Below, one piece after another: positions 31,091-43,076 of a stretch of 64,000 bases of DNA (position 1 is its first letter; every line of letters begins with the position of its first letter). A program made the position numbers and the translations under genes. The notes beneath the pieces are model-generated. The model was given only the letters and a program-made list of their open reading frames with translations. It was not told where the DNA came from and searched no databases. This stretch comes from an uncultured Acidobacteriota bacterium. GTDB taxonomy: Bacteria; Acidobacteriota; Vicinamibacteria; Fen-336. The stretch spans positions 1,600,001 through 1,664,000 of the forward strand of contig OY970399.1 in the NCBI GenBank assembly GCA_963720545.1, given 5' to 3'.

Positions 31091-32476
31091 ATGCCGAGCC
31101 TGCTGCGCGAGCGGTTCGCGACCGGCGCCGACCCCTTCACCGAGAGCTTCGTCGCATCGGTTGTCGACGACGCCCGCCTGGTGCGCTTCGACATCGAAGG
31201 CTCCATCGCCCATGCGGCGATGCTGGAGAAGTGCCACCTGCTGACGCGGCGCGAGGGCGCACGCCTGCGCGCCGCGCTGGCGCGCATCCTCGCCGACTGG
31301 GAGGCCGGCCGCTTCGTCCTCGACCCGGCCGACGAAGACGTGCACATGAACGTCGAGCAGCGCCTGGGCCGCTCGGTGTCGCACAAGCTGGCCGCGAAGC
31401 TGCACACGGCGCGCAGCCGCAACGATCAGGTGGCGCTCGACCTGCGCCTCTGGGTCCGGGCCGAGGGCGCGCTGCTCCAGGCTTCGGTGCGGGCGTTGCT
31501 GCGCGCGCTCACGACCCGCGCCGCGCGCGAGGCCGGCACGCTGCTGCCGGGGGTCACCCACCTGCAGCACGCGCAGGTGGTGAGCCTCGGGCACGTCCTG
31601 CTGGCCCATCACGACCGCATCGCGCGCGACCAGGCACGGCTGCGCGACGCGCTGGGCCGCGCCGAAGTGTCGCCGCTGGGCGCCGGGGCGCTCGCCGGCA
31701 CCTCGCTGCCGATCGCGCCGCGCCTCACGGCGCGCGCGCTCGGCTTCCCTGCCACCTTCACGAACTCGATCGATGCGGTCAGCGACCGCGACTTTGCCGT
31801 CGAGTTCGTCTCGGCCTGCGCGCTGCTCGCCACACATCTGTCGTCGCTGGCCGAAGACTTCATCCTCTGGTCGACACCGGAATTCGGCTTCATCGAGCTG
31901 CCCGACGCGCTCACCACCTCTTCCTCGATGCTGCCGCAGAAGAAGAACCCGGACACGGTGGAGCTGGTACGCGCCAAGGCGGCGGTGGTAACCGGCGCCC
32001 TGGTGACGCTCCTCGGCACACTCAAGGGACTGCCGATCGGCTACAACCGCGACCTGCAGGAAACCAAGCCGCCGCTGTTCGCGGCGGCCGATGCCGTGCG
32101 CGGCGCGGTTGCGGCCATGACCGCCGCCGTCGCCGGCATGCGCGTCGATCGCGCCCGCATGGCGGCCGCCGCCGCCGATCCGGCGCTGGTGGCGATCGAC
32201 CTCGTCGAACACCTGGTGACGAACGGCGTGCCGTTTCGCCGCGCGCACGGCATCGTCGCGCGCGTCGTGCGCGACTGCGCTGCCGCGTCGCGGCCGCTGC
32301 TGTCGCTGAATGCCGCCGAATGGCGCCGCTACTCTCCAGCCCTCACCCCCGCAGTCGCCGCACGCCTTACGCCCGCGGCCTCCGCCGGCAAGCGCCGTTC
32401 CCCGGGCGGCACCGCGCCGTCTCTGGTGGCGGCGCGGGCCCGGAGCTTGATGAAGCACGCAAGGAGGTCCGCATGA
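31091..32476 (+). CDS. argH: Argininosuccinate lyase
   Basis: EDVHMNVE, LHTARSRNDQV, SSMLPQKKNPD, YNRDLQE. Confidence 0.96.
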   Translation: MPSLLRERFATGADPFTESFVASVVDDARLVRFDIEGSIAHAAMLEKCHLLTRREGARLRAALARILADWEAGRFVLDPADEDVHMNVEQRLGRSVSHKLAAKLHTARSRNDQVALDLRLWVRAEGALLQASVRALLRALTTRAAREAGTLLPGVTHLQHAQVVSLGHVLLAHHDRIARDQARLRDALGRAEVSPLGAGALAGTSLPIAPRLTARALGFPATFTNSIDAVSDRDFAVEFVSACALLATHLSSLAEDFILWSTPEFGFIELPDALTTSSSMLPQKKNPDTVELVRAKAAVVTGALVTLLGTLKGLPIGYNRDLQETKPPLFAAADAVRGAVAAMTAAVAGMRVDRARMAAAAADPALVAIDLVEHLVTNGVPFRRAHGIVARVVRDCAAASRPLLSLNAAEWRRYSPALTPAVAARLTPAASAGKRRSPGGTAPSLVAARARSLMKHARRSA

Positions 32477-33501
32477 AGTCGCAGACGCCGTCGCCGATCC
32501 TGGTTCCCGTCACCTATTTCGCCTCGGTCACCACGCCGCTCCGCCTCACGAACCCGGTCGAGCTCGATGGCGAAGCGAACGTGACGCCGGGACAGGTCGT
32601 CGTGGTGCGCGCCCTCGGCGAGAACCCGAAGTATCCGGAGCTCGAGCTGTGCGACGGCAGCCGGGTGGTGGTGCGCGCCGGCGACGTCATCGCCACCACG
32701 GTCGGCAGCCGCCAGGCGCTGCGCGGCTTCGTCGGCGAGTCGCCGAAGCGGGTCGCCACAGGCGACGTGCTCGGCCTCCTCAACCTCGGCGGCGTCGTCG
32801 GCCGGCCGATCTCGGGCAGCGCCGAAGTGGGCATGCCGGTGCCGGTGGAAGTGCTCGGCGTGTCGCGCCTGCACCTCGCCGATGTCGCCTTGCCCCGGCC
32901 GCGCTCGCTCGCCTCGATCCCGCCCATCGTCCTGGTCGCCGGCTCGTGCATGAACGTCGGCAAGACGGTCACCACCGAGAAGCTGATCGCCGGCCTCACG
33001 GCGCGCGGGCTCAAGGTCGGTGGCGCGAAGATCACCGGCGTCGGCTGCCTCAAGGACCAGATCCGCATGCTGGCCGCCGGCGCCGTGAAGGCGTACACAT
33101 TCCTCGACTGCGGCGTGCCTTCGACCGTCGACAGCGACGACGTCGCCGGCATCGCGCGCGCGATCGCGGCGGCGCTGCAAGGCGCCGACGCCATCGTCAT
33201 GGAGATGGGCGACGGCATCGTCGGCCACTACCGCGTCGACCGGCTGTTCGACGACAAGGAGCTGATGGCGCGCATCGACTCGCTGGTGTTCGTAGCCAGC
33301 GACCTGACCGCGGCCTGGGGCGGCAAGGAATTCCTGGCACGCCGCGGCGTGACGATCACGGCCGTCACCGGTGCGGCCACCGACAACGACTCCGGCGTGA
33401 ACTTCATCGAGCGCGAACTCGGCATCCCCGCCGCCAACTCGGTGCGCCAGACCGAGAAGCTGCTCAACACGCTGTCGCTGTCGCTCTCGATCGCCGTTTG
33501 A
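32473..33501 (+). CDS. DUF1611-like P-loop protein inside the arg operon; candidate N-acyl-glutamate synthase
   Basis: AGGAGG RBS, ATGA overlap with argH; VAGSCMNVGKT P-loop, GAKITGVG..KD, FLDCGVPST, EMGDG. Confidence 0.7.
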   Translation: MKSQTPSPILVPVTYFASVTTPLRLTNPVELDGEANVTPGQVVVVRALGENPKYPELELCDGSRVVVRAGDVIATTVGSRQALRGFVGESPKRVATGDVLGLLNLGGVVGRPISGSAEVGMPVPVEVLGVSRLHLADVALPRPRSLASIPPIVLVAGSCMNVGKTVTTEKLIAGLTARGLKVGGAKITGVGCLKDQIRMLAAGAVKAYTFLDCGVPSTVDSDDVAGIARAIAAALQGADAIVMEMGDGIVGHYRVDRLFDDKELMARIDSLVFVASDLTAAWGGKEFLARRGVTITAVTGAATDNDSGVNFIERELGIPAANSVRQTEKLLNTLSLSLSIAV

Positions 33502-33503
33502 GC

Positions 33504-34481
33504 GTGGTTCGTACTGTCGTCTGCGGTGCGTCCGGTTACATTGGCGGCGAAGCCGCGCGCCTGCTGCTCGCCCATCCCGACTTCGAGCTCGTTGGCGTCT
33601 GCGGCAGCGAGACGGCTGGCCAGCGCCTCGACGCGGTGATCCCGGCGCTGCGCGGCTTCACCGACCTGGTGGTGGCGCAGGACGTGCCGCCCGCCGATGC
33701 CTACGTGCTTGCGATGGGCCACGGCGAAGCGATGCGCCTCGCGCCGACCCTTGGAGGCAGGATCGTCGACCTCTCCGGGGACTTCCGCCTGCAGGACCCG
33801 GCGGCCTACGAGCGCTACTACAAGCGCCCGCACGGCGCCACGGAACTGCTGCCGCAGTTCGCCTATGGCGTCCCCGAGATCAACGCGGCTGCGATCCGCG
33901 AGTCGCGCCACGTGGCGGCCGGCGGCTGCTTCGCCACCGCCGCCATCCTGTCGCTGTGGCCGCTGCGCCGCCTCACGGTGGGCACGGCGATCGTCGACGG
34001 CAAGACCGGGTCCTCCGGCAGCGGCGTGCGGCCGGGAGAGAAGACCCATCATCCGTTTCGCGACGGGGCCTTCTTTCCCTACGAGCCATTCCACCACCGA
34101 CACGTGCCCGAGATCGAGCAGGCGACCGGCGTCAAGGTCCTGTTCCAGCCGCACTCGACGCCGCTGGTGCGCGGCGTGTTCACCACCAGCTACATCACGC
34201 TCGCCGAAGCGGCCACCACCGACATGCTGCTCGACCTGTTCAGTGCCGCCTACACGGGCTCGCGCTTCGTGCGCGTGGGCAAGGGCGCGGTGAACGTCAC
34301 CAACGTCCGCGGCTCGAACTTCATCGACATCGGCGTCGTCTCCGAGGGGCGCACGGCGATCGTGTTCGCGGCCCTGGACAACCTCGTCAAGGGCGGCGCA
34401 GGCCAGGGGATCCAGTGCCTGAACCTGATGTTCGGCTTCGACGAGACGCGCGGCCTGTTGCAGGCGCCGGCGCGGCCATAA
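33504..34481 (+). CDS. argC: N-acetyl-gamma-glutamyl-phosphate reductase
   Basis: GASGYIGGE, IVDLSGDFRL, YGVPE, GGCFAT, DNLVKGGAGQ. Confidence 0.95.
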   Translation: MVRTVVCGASGYIGGEAARLLLAHPDFELVGVCGSETAGQRLDAVIPALRGFTDLVVAQDVPPADAYVLAMGHGEAMRLAPTLGGRIVDLSGDFRLQDPAAYERYYKRPHGATELLPQFAYGVPEINAAAIRESRHVAAGGCFATAAILSLWPLRRLTVGTAIVDGKTGSSGSGVRPGEKTHHPFRDGAFFPYEPFHHRHVPEIEQATGVKVLFQPHSTPLVRGVFTTSYITLAEAATTDMLLDLFSAAYTGSRFVRVGKGAVNVTNVRGSNFIDIGVVSEGRTAIVFAALDNLVKGGAGQGIQCLNLMFGFDETRGLLQAPARP

Positions 34482-34514
34482 AAAAGCATAGAGAAGGGAA
34501 CCGCGAAGCAAGAC

Positions 34515-35651
34515 ATGGGACTGCTGAAGACGTTCAAGACGCTGCCGCTCGAAGTGGAGCGCGGCGCCGACGTGTGGGTCTGGGACTCCGCCGGGCGGCG
34601 CTACCTCGACCTCTACGCCGGCCACGCCGTCTGCTCCACCGGCCACTGCCATCCGAAGGTGGTGGCCGCGATCCAGCGGCAGGCGGCGACACTCATCTTC
34701 TATTCGAACGTCGCCGGGTCGCGGCTGCGGGACGCGGCCGCCGAGCAGCTGCTCGCGCATGCGCCGCACTTTTCTTCGGTGCTGTTCGCGAACTCGGGCG
34801 CCGAGGCCAACGAGAACGCGCTCAAGATGGTGCGGCGCCTCACCGGCCGCGAGCAGGTCATCGCCATGGACGGCGGCTTTCACGGCCGCACCGCCGGCGC
34901 CATGTCGGTGACCGGCGTCGCAAAGTACCGCGCGACCTCGCAGCCCCTGCTCCCCGGCGTCACCTTCGTGCCATTCGGCGCAACGCCGCGGGTGGGCACC
35001 GACGTGGCGGCGGTCATCGTCGAGCCGGTGCAGTCGATGGCGGGTATGAAGACTGCGCCGCCGTCCTGGTTTCGCGAGCTGCGCGCTGCCTGCGACGCGG
35101 CGGGCGCGCTCCTCATCTTCGACGAAGTGCAGACCGGCATCGGCCGCACCGGCACCATGTTCTTCTCCGGCCGCGACGGCGTGAACGCGGACCTCGTCAC
35201 GCTCGCGAAGGGCATCGGCAGCGGCTTTCCCCTGTCGGCGGTGCTGGCGACGGCGCCGGTGGCGGCGAGCGTGCAGTACGGCGAGTACGGCGCCACCTAC
35301 GGCGCCGGCCCGCTCGCGATGGCGGCGATGCAGGCGACTCTCGAGGTCGTGGACGGGCTGCTGCCGTCGGTGCGCGAAGTCGGCCGCTATCTTGCCGGGC
35401 GCTGTGCCGCCGTTCCCGGCGTCGCCGAGGTGCGCGGGCTCGGTCTCCTCCTCGGGCTGAAGCTGCAGGGCGGCGCGGATGCCGGTGCGGCGCAGCGCGC
35501 GCTCCTCGCTGCCGGCTTCATCACCGGCACCGCGGACGAGCCCTCGGTGCTGCGGCTGCTGCCGCCCTTGACCCTCACGCGCGAGCACGTCGATGCGTTC
35601 GTGCCGGCTCTCGAATCGGTCCTGCAGGCGTGGGCGGCGCCTGTTTCCTGA
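34515..35651 (+). CDS. argD: Acetyl/succinylornithine aminotransferase
   Basis: NSGAEANENALK, FHGRT, DEVQTGIGRTG, LAKGIGSGFP; operon context. Confidence 0.88.
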   Translation: MGLLKTFKTLPLEVERGADVWVWDSAGRRYLDLYAGHAVCSTGHCHPKVVAAIQRQAATLIFYSNVAGSRLRDAAAEQLLAHAPHFSSVLFANSGAEANENALKMVRRLTGREQVIAMDGGFHGRTAGAMSVTGVAKYRATSQPLLPGVTFVPFGATPRVGTDVAAVIVEPVQSMAGMKTAPPSWFRELRAACDAAGALLIFDEVQTGIGRTGTMFFSGRDGVNADLVTLAKGIGSGFPLSAVLATAPVAASVQYGEYGATYGAGPLAMAAMQATLEVVDGLLPSVREVGRYLAGRCAAVPGVAEVRGLGLLLGLKLQGGADAGAAQRALLAAGFITGTADEPSVLRLLPPLTLTREHVDAFVPALESVLQAWAAPVS

Positions 35652-36655
35652 TGGCCGTGCCGCGCGACTTCATCAGCACGCTCGACTGGTCGAAGCCGCA
35701 GCTGACGGCGCTGCTGCGCGACGCGGCGGCCCTGAAGAAGTCGCGGCGCAGCGGCAACGCCAGGGCACGGCCGCTCGCCGGCAAGAGCATGGCGCTCCTC
35801 TTCTTCAACCCGTCGTTGCGCACCCGCGTCTCGTTCCAGGTGGCGCTCGCCGAACTTGGCGCAACTGCCGTCGCCTCGACCGTCGGCGCCGATTCCTGGA
35901 CGCTCGAGCATCGCGCCGGCGCCGTCATGGACCAGGACCGCACCGAGCACGTCAAGGATGCCGCCGCGGTGCTCTCGCGCTACGTCGACGCGATCGGCGT
36001 GCGTTCGTTTCCCGGGCTGCAGTCGCTCGCTGACGACATGGCCGATCCGGTGATCGCCGCTTTCCGCAGCTACGCGTCGGTGCCCGTCGTCAACCTCGAG
36101 TCCGCGTTGTGGCATCCGTGCCAGGCCCTGGCCGACGCCATGACCGCGGCCGAGCGGCTGGGCCGTGGGGCCTTCGACCCCGGCGTGCTCAAAGGGGCGC
36201 GGGTGACGCTCACGTGGGCCTATCACCCCAGGGCGCTGCCCACAGCGGTCGGCAACTCGTTCGCGGCCATCATGTCGCAGCTGGGCGCCGACCTCACGAT
36301 CGCGCATCCGCCGGAGTTCCCGCTTCCCGAACAGGTGCTTCGGGCGCTGCCGCGGGCGCCGCGCATCGTGCACAGCAAGCAGGACGGACTCGCGGGCGCG
36401 CAGATCGTGTGCGCGAAGTCGTGGGGTGCGCTTGGCTACTACGGGCGCTGGGCTGCGGAAGCAAAGCTGCGCAACACCTTGCGCAGCTGGATTTGCGACA
36501 CCGTGCCTGCCAAGGCGACCTTCCTCCATTGCCTGCCGGTGCGCCGCAACGTGGAAGTGGCCGACGCCGTGCTCGACGGTCGCGGCAGCGCCATATATGA
36601 CGAGGCCGAGAACCGGCTGCACGTGCAGAAGGCGATCCTCAAGAGGCTCTTGTGA
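35651..36655 (+). CDS. argF: N-acyl-ornithine carbamoyltransferase (AOTCase/SOTCase family, ArgF')
   Basis: FFNPSLRTR, MDQDRTEH, HPCQ, LTWAYHP, HCLPVRRNVE: family-specific motifs distinct from ordinary OTCase. Confidence 0.9.
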   Translation: MAVPRDFISTLDWSKPQLTALLRDAAALKKSRRSGNARARPLAGKSMALLFFNPSLRTRVSFQVALAELGATAVASTVGADSWTLEHRAGAVMDQDRTEHVKDAAAVLSRYVDAIGVRSFPGLQSLADDMADPVIAAFRSYASVPVVNLESALWHPCQALADAMTAAERLGRGAFDPGVLKGARVTLTWAYHPRALPTAVGNSFAAIMSQLGADLTIAHPPEFPLPEQVLRALPRAPRIVHSKQDGLAGAQIVCAKSWGALGYYGRWAAEAKLRNTLRSWICDTVPAKATFLHCLPVRRNVEVADAVLDGRGSAIYDEAENRLHVQKAILKRLL

Positions 36656-37542
36656 AGTCCGGCGACCTCGACACATTGCGCGAAGCGCTGCCCTACATCA
36701 ACCGCTTTCGCGGCACCACCTTCGTGGTGAAGATCGGCGGCGAGATCGCCGACCAGGCGGAGACGCTCGCGCCCTTCTGCCAGGAAGCGGCGCTGCTCGC
36801 GCGCGTCGGCATCCGCATGGTGGTGATCCACGGCGGCGGCAAGCAGGCGAGCGAACTGCAGCAGCGGCTCGGCATCGAGCCACGCATGGTGCAAGGCCGG
36901 CGCGTCACCGACTCGGACACGCTCGACATCGTGATGATGGCGTTCGCGGGCAAGGTCAACACCGAGATCCTCTCGTCCTTCCGCAAGTCAGGCGTCGACG
37001 CGGTCGGCCTCTCCGGCATCGACGGCGGCATCGTCCATGCCGTGCGCCGGCCGCCGAAGCAGGTGCGCGATGAAAAGACCGGTATCGACGAGATGGTCGA
37101 CTACGGCCACGTCGGCGACATCGAGAGAGTGGACCCGCGCCTGCTGACGGCGCTGCTCGACCAGGATTTCGTGCCGGTGATCGCCTCGCTCGGCGGCGAC
37201 GACGACGGCGCCATCTTCAACATCAACGCCGACACTGTGGCGGCGAAGATCGCCGGCGCGCTGCGCGCCGAAAAACTCATCCTGGTGACCGACGTCGAGG
37301 GCATCCTCGACGGCGGCGGAGCCCTCATCTCGCGCGCCACACCCGAAGAGGTCGACAGCGCCATCCGGGGCGGCGTCATCCGCGGCGGCATGGTGCCGAA
37401 GGCGCAGTCGGCCGTAGGCGCGCTCGGCGAGGGGGTCGGCACCGTGCACATCATCAGCGGCAAGCGCCCCTCGACGCTCCTGGGCGAAGTGTTCACCGAA
37501 AAGGGCTCGGGCACCATGATCACGCGCACGGCGCTTCGGTGA
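36652..37542 (+). CDS. argB: Acetylglutamate kinase
   Basis: EALPYI..F.G.TFVVKIGG, HGGG, GRRVTD, NINADT.A, GGMVPK; no fused GNAT domain. Confidence 0.95.
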   Translation: MKSGDLDTLREALPYINRFRGTTFVVKIGGEIADQAETLAPFCQEAALLARVGIRMVVIHGGGKQASELQQRLGIEPRMVQGRRVTDSDTLDIVMMAFAGKVNTEILSSFRKSGVDAVGLSGIDGGIVHAVRRPPKQVRDEKTGIDEMVDYGHVGDIERVDPRLLTALLDQDFVPVIASLGGDDDGAIFNINADTVAAKIAGALRAEKLILVTDVEGILDGGGALISRATPEEVDSAIRGGVIRGGMVPKAQSAVGALGEGVGTVHIISGKRPSTLLGEVFTEKGSGTMITRTALR

Positions 37543-37578
37543 CGATAACGCGGCTCGTCTTGTGGTATCTGTTGCGTC

Positions 37579-38604
37579 ATGGCTCGACCGCGAGACCGGA
37601 CGCAGCGCCGCACCGTTGACGCAGCTTCGGCCGCGCTCCTGGCACTCGCCGCGGCGGCGCTCGCCGCCCTCGGTAGCGCCGCCGCGGGCAGCGTCGCCTA
37701 CAGCGCGCCGGCCGCACCCGGCTTCGGCATGCTGCACCTCGGCCCCGAACGGCTCGTGATCTCCTATCCCGACGCGCAGGGCACGGTGAAGGGGCACCTC
37801 GTCGCACGCATCAACCGCGACCGGCAGCTGCACGGCGTGCCGCCGCTGCGCTACGACGCGCGACTGGCGCTCACCGGCGACCGCTTCACCCACGACCAGG
37901 CGCTCGCGGCCTCGAACGGCCACTGGGACCCGGCGGGCCGCCCGCCTTACGTGCGCTGGGGCCTCGCCGGCGGCGTCGACTTCCACTCGCAGAACGCCGG
38001 CTCCTATTCGAACAGCGGCGGCATCGTCCCGGACGCGATCGAGGCGATCGCGCTGCAGATCCACGAGAGCATGATGGACGAGAGGCCGCCCGACGACGGC
38101 CACCGCCAGACCATCCTCAATCCCCTGCTGACCCACGTGGGTATCGGCCTGGCGCAGGTCGGCGGCGAGTTCCGCATCACCGAGGAGTTCAGCCGCGTCG
38201 CCTTCGAGTGGCTCGAGGTTCCCGATCGGCCGCTGCGGCCAGGCACCATCGCCGCCTTCTCGGGCAAGCCGCTCGCCGGCTTGGAGGTCGGCGTTGTCGA
38301 AATCGCGTTCGAGCCGCCGCCGCGCAAGCTCACGACGCGCGAGTTGAACAGCCGCGGCAGTTACTCGTACCCGCGCGCCTACAAGACGCTCTACCCGAAG
38401 CTGCGTAACGGCGGGTTCTATCGCAGCGGCGAAGCCGGCGAGTTCGACATCAGGCAGGACGGCGCCTTCTCGCTGCAGTTTCGCTGCGACCAGGGCCCCG
38501 GCTACTACTTCGTCCTCTGTTACGTGCGCAAGCGCGGCGAGCGGAACCCGCAAATGTTCCCGGCCACCGCGGCCATGGTCACCGTGGTCGCAAATAAGGG
38601 CTGA
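37579..38604 (+). CDS. Secreted CAP/SCP-domain protein
   Basis: Signal peptide; INRDR..HG.PPL.YD, MMDE.PPDDGHRQTILNP..THVGIG. Confidence 0.8.
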   Translation: MARPRDRTQRRTVDAASAALLALAAAALAALGSAAAGSVAYSAPAAPGFGMLHLGPERLVISYPDAQGTVKGHLVARINRDRQLHGVPPLRYDARLALTGDRFTHDQALAASNGHWDPAGRPPYVRWGLAGGVDFHSQNAGSYSNSGGIVPDAIEAIALQIHESMMDERPPDDGHRQTILNPLLTHVGIGLAQVGGEFRITEEFSRVAFEWLEVPDRPLRPGTIAAFSGKPLAGLEVGVVEIAFEPPPRKLTTRELNSRGSYSYPRAYKTLYPKLRNGGFYRSGEAGEFDIRQDGAFSLQFRCDQGPGYYFVLCYVRKRGERNPQMFPATAAMVTVVANKG

Positions 38605-38663
38605 GGCTGCTAGGCTTTTCTGCAGCGCCGCGGGCGTTCGATTCTCGTAACCCACTCACTTAT

Positions 38664-40735
38664 ATGACATTAGCTCAAGAACGCATCGACGCTGCTGCCG
38701 CCTCCTTGCGCCCGCCGAAGGCTCAGGAAAGACCGCACCAGGACACCTTCCACGGCGAAGTGCGCGACGACGACTACTTCTGGCTGCGCGACAAGGACGA
38801 TCCGGCGGTGCGCGAATACCTCGAGGCCGAGAACGCCTACGCCGACGGCATCATGGCCGGCACCGGCGAGCAGCAGGAGCGGCTCTACAAGGAGATGCTG
38901 TCGCACATCAAGGAAACCGATCTCTCGGTTCCCTACCGCGACGGCGGCCACTTCTACTACTCGCGCACCGAGGAGGGCTTGCAGTATCCGATCTACTGCC
39001 GCAAGCAGGGTTCGCTCGACGCGGCCGAAGAAGTGGTCCTCGACCTCAACGCGCTCGCCGCAGGCCAGCCGTTCATGGCGCTCGGCGCCTACGACGTCAG
39101 CAACGACGGCACGCTGCTCGCCTACTCGCTCGACAACACCGGCTTCCGCGAGTACACGCTCTACGTGATGGACCTGCGCACCCGCGCGCTCATCGGCGAA
39201 CCGATCCCGCGCACGGGTTCGGTTGCGTGGGCGCAGGACGGCAAGACGCTCTTCTACACCGTCGACGACAGCGCCAAGCGTCCGTACCGGCTGTACCGCC
39301 ATGTGCTCGGCACCGCAAGCCACGACCTGGTGCACGAGGAGAACGACGAGCTCTTCCGCATCGGCGTGGGCCAGACGCGCAGCCGCAAGTACATCCTGAT
39401 GTTTGCCGGCAGCCACACCACCAGCGAATGGTCGTACCTCGACGCGTCGGCGCCGCAGGGCGAGTTCCGTCTGGTGAGCCCGCGTCAGCACCAGCACGAA
39501 TACGACGTCGAGCATCACGGCGAGCGCTTCTTCATCCGCACCAACGACAGCGGCCGCAACTACCGACTGGTGGAGGCGCCGGTCGCGACTCCCGGCCGCG
39601 AACACTGGAAGGAAGTGGTGGCGCACCGGCCCGCGGTGATGCTCGAGGGCATCGAGTGCTTCGCGGGGTTCTACGCGCTGCTGGAGCGCGAGGACGGCGT
39701 GCCGCACGTGCGCATCACCGACATCGCCAGCGGCAAGTGGCACCGCATGGCGTTCCCGGAACCGGCGTATTCGGTGTTCCCCGCCGCCAACGTCGAGTGG
39801 CAGACCAGCCTGTTCCGCTACTCGTACCAGTCGCTCGTGACGCCGAACTCGATCTACGACTACGACGTCGCCGCGCGCAGCGCGACGCTCCTGAAGCAAA
39901 TCGAGGTACCGGGCGGCTTCGACGCCGCGAACTACGTGTCGGAGCGGCTGAGCGCGCGCGCCGCGGACGGCGTCGAAGTGCCGATCTCGCTCGTCTACCG
40001 CCGCGACCGGCGGCCCGCGGGCGGCGCGATGCCGCTTTACCTCAACGGCTACGGCTCCTACGGCTTTTCGCTGCCGGTCGCGTTCTCGGCGACGCGCCTG
40101 GTGCTGCTCGACCGCGGCGTCGCCTTTGCCATGGCGCACATCCGCGGCGGCGGCGAGATGGGCAAGCCGTGGCACGACGACGGCCGGATGCTGCGCAAGA
40201 TGAACACGTTCACCGACTTCATCGCGGTTGCCGAGCACCTGATCGCGGCGGGCTACACGACGCCCGGGACGCTGGCGATCGAAGGCGGCAGCGCCGGCGG
40301 CTTGCTGATGGGCGCCGTCTGCAACCTGCGCCCGGACCTCTTCCACGTGGTCGTCTCCAAGGTGCCGTTCGTGGACGTCATCAACACCATGATGGACGGC
40401 TCGCTGCCGCTGACGGCCGGCGAGTGGGAAGAGTGGGGCGACCCGCACAAGCCCGACGAGTACGCCTGCATCCGCCGCTATTGCCCGTACTCGAACCTCG
40501 AGGGCAAGGCGTATCCGCGCATGCTGGTGAAGACGGCGCTGAACGACAGCCAGGTGATGTTCTGGGAGCCGGCAAAGTACGTGGCGCGAATGCGGGCGCT
40601 GCGCCATGACCCGAACCTGCTGCTGCTCAAGACCAACATGAACGCCGGCCACGGCGGCTCTTCCGGCCGCTACGACTACCTGCGCGAGATCGCGTTCGAC
40701 TACGCCTTCGTCCTCAACCAACTGGGAATTGAGCC

Positions 40736-40739
<4 letters not shown>
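38664..40739 (+). CDS. ptrB: Oligopeptidase B (S9A)
   Basis: DDYFWLRD, HIRGGGEMG, GGSAGGLL, DSQV, AGHGG.SGR. Confidence 0.93.
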
Positions 40740-42260
<1,521 letters not shown>

Positions 42261-42283
<23 letters not shown>

Positions 42284-42908
42284 CGGACGGACGCACGATC
42301 ATCGCGGCGATCGATGCCGCGATGCCGCCGACCGCGACGGTGAAGGCGATCCACAGCGTCAACTGCGGAAGCACGCCGATCAGCACCCAGCGCATCACAG
42401 GGCTCATCGCCATCAATTGCTCGGCCGCGGGACCGGTTCCGACGACGTCGTAATGGGTGCCCCAGGAGCCCATGATCGCGAAGAACATGACGATGACGAC
42501 GGGGATGCGCGCAGCGAATGCGTACTTGAACAGCGTCGAGAACAGCGCCGGCCAGGTGCGCGACGCGATCCAGAGGGACACTGCGGAGCCGACGACGAAG
42601 GCGCCGAGAAGGCCCGTCGGCATGCCGAAAGCTTTCAAGAGCCCGAACATGATGGCGGCGAAGGCTAGGAGCGCCGCAACGTAGATGCCCAGAGACTTGG
42701 CCGCCGAATCCGGCCCCTTGCCTTCGCCTGCGAGCTGCGCGCCAAACCACGCGCCGAACACGAGCACCAGCCATGAGATGCCGACGAGGGCGAAGCCGCC
42801 GCCGGCGCTGCGGTTGAACAAGGCAGGCGACCAGCCCTGCAGTTCACCGACGAGCCGCAGGATGGTGACCGCCAGAGTGATCAGCGCGGGAACAAGGATA
42901 CGTCCCAT
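42261..42908 (-). CDS. Hypothetical membrane protein (~6 TM)
   Basis: Hydrophobic segments; AAGGAG RBS. Confidence 0.75.
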
Positions 42909-43076
42909 GAGTTGTCTCCTTTGTCTTTACGGCGGGACGACAATACACCGGACCGCGGCCCGAAGGCGCGCGTGCCGCGGCCGGAAACCGCGGCAGCGGT
43001 GTAGTACACTCGCAACCGGAAAAAACCACCACGTTTTTTTCGTCGCCCGCTGCGCTAAACCAGCGACGGAGGCCTC

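Noticed and set aside
34473..34490. Possible internal ARG box before argD (GGCCATaaaaAAGCAT)
   Set aside because: Single box with only one good half-site
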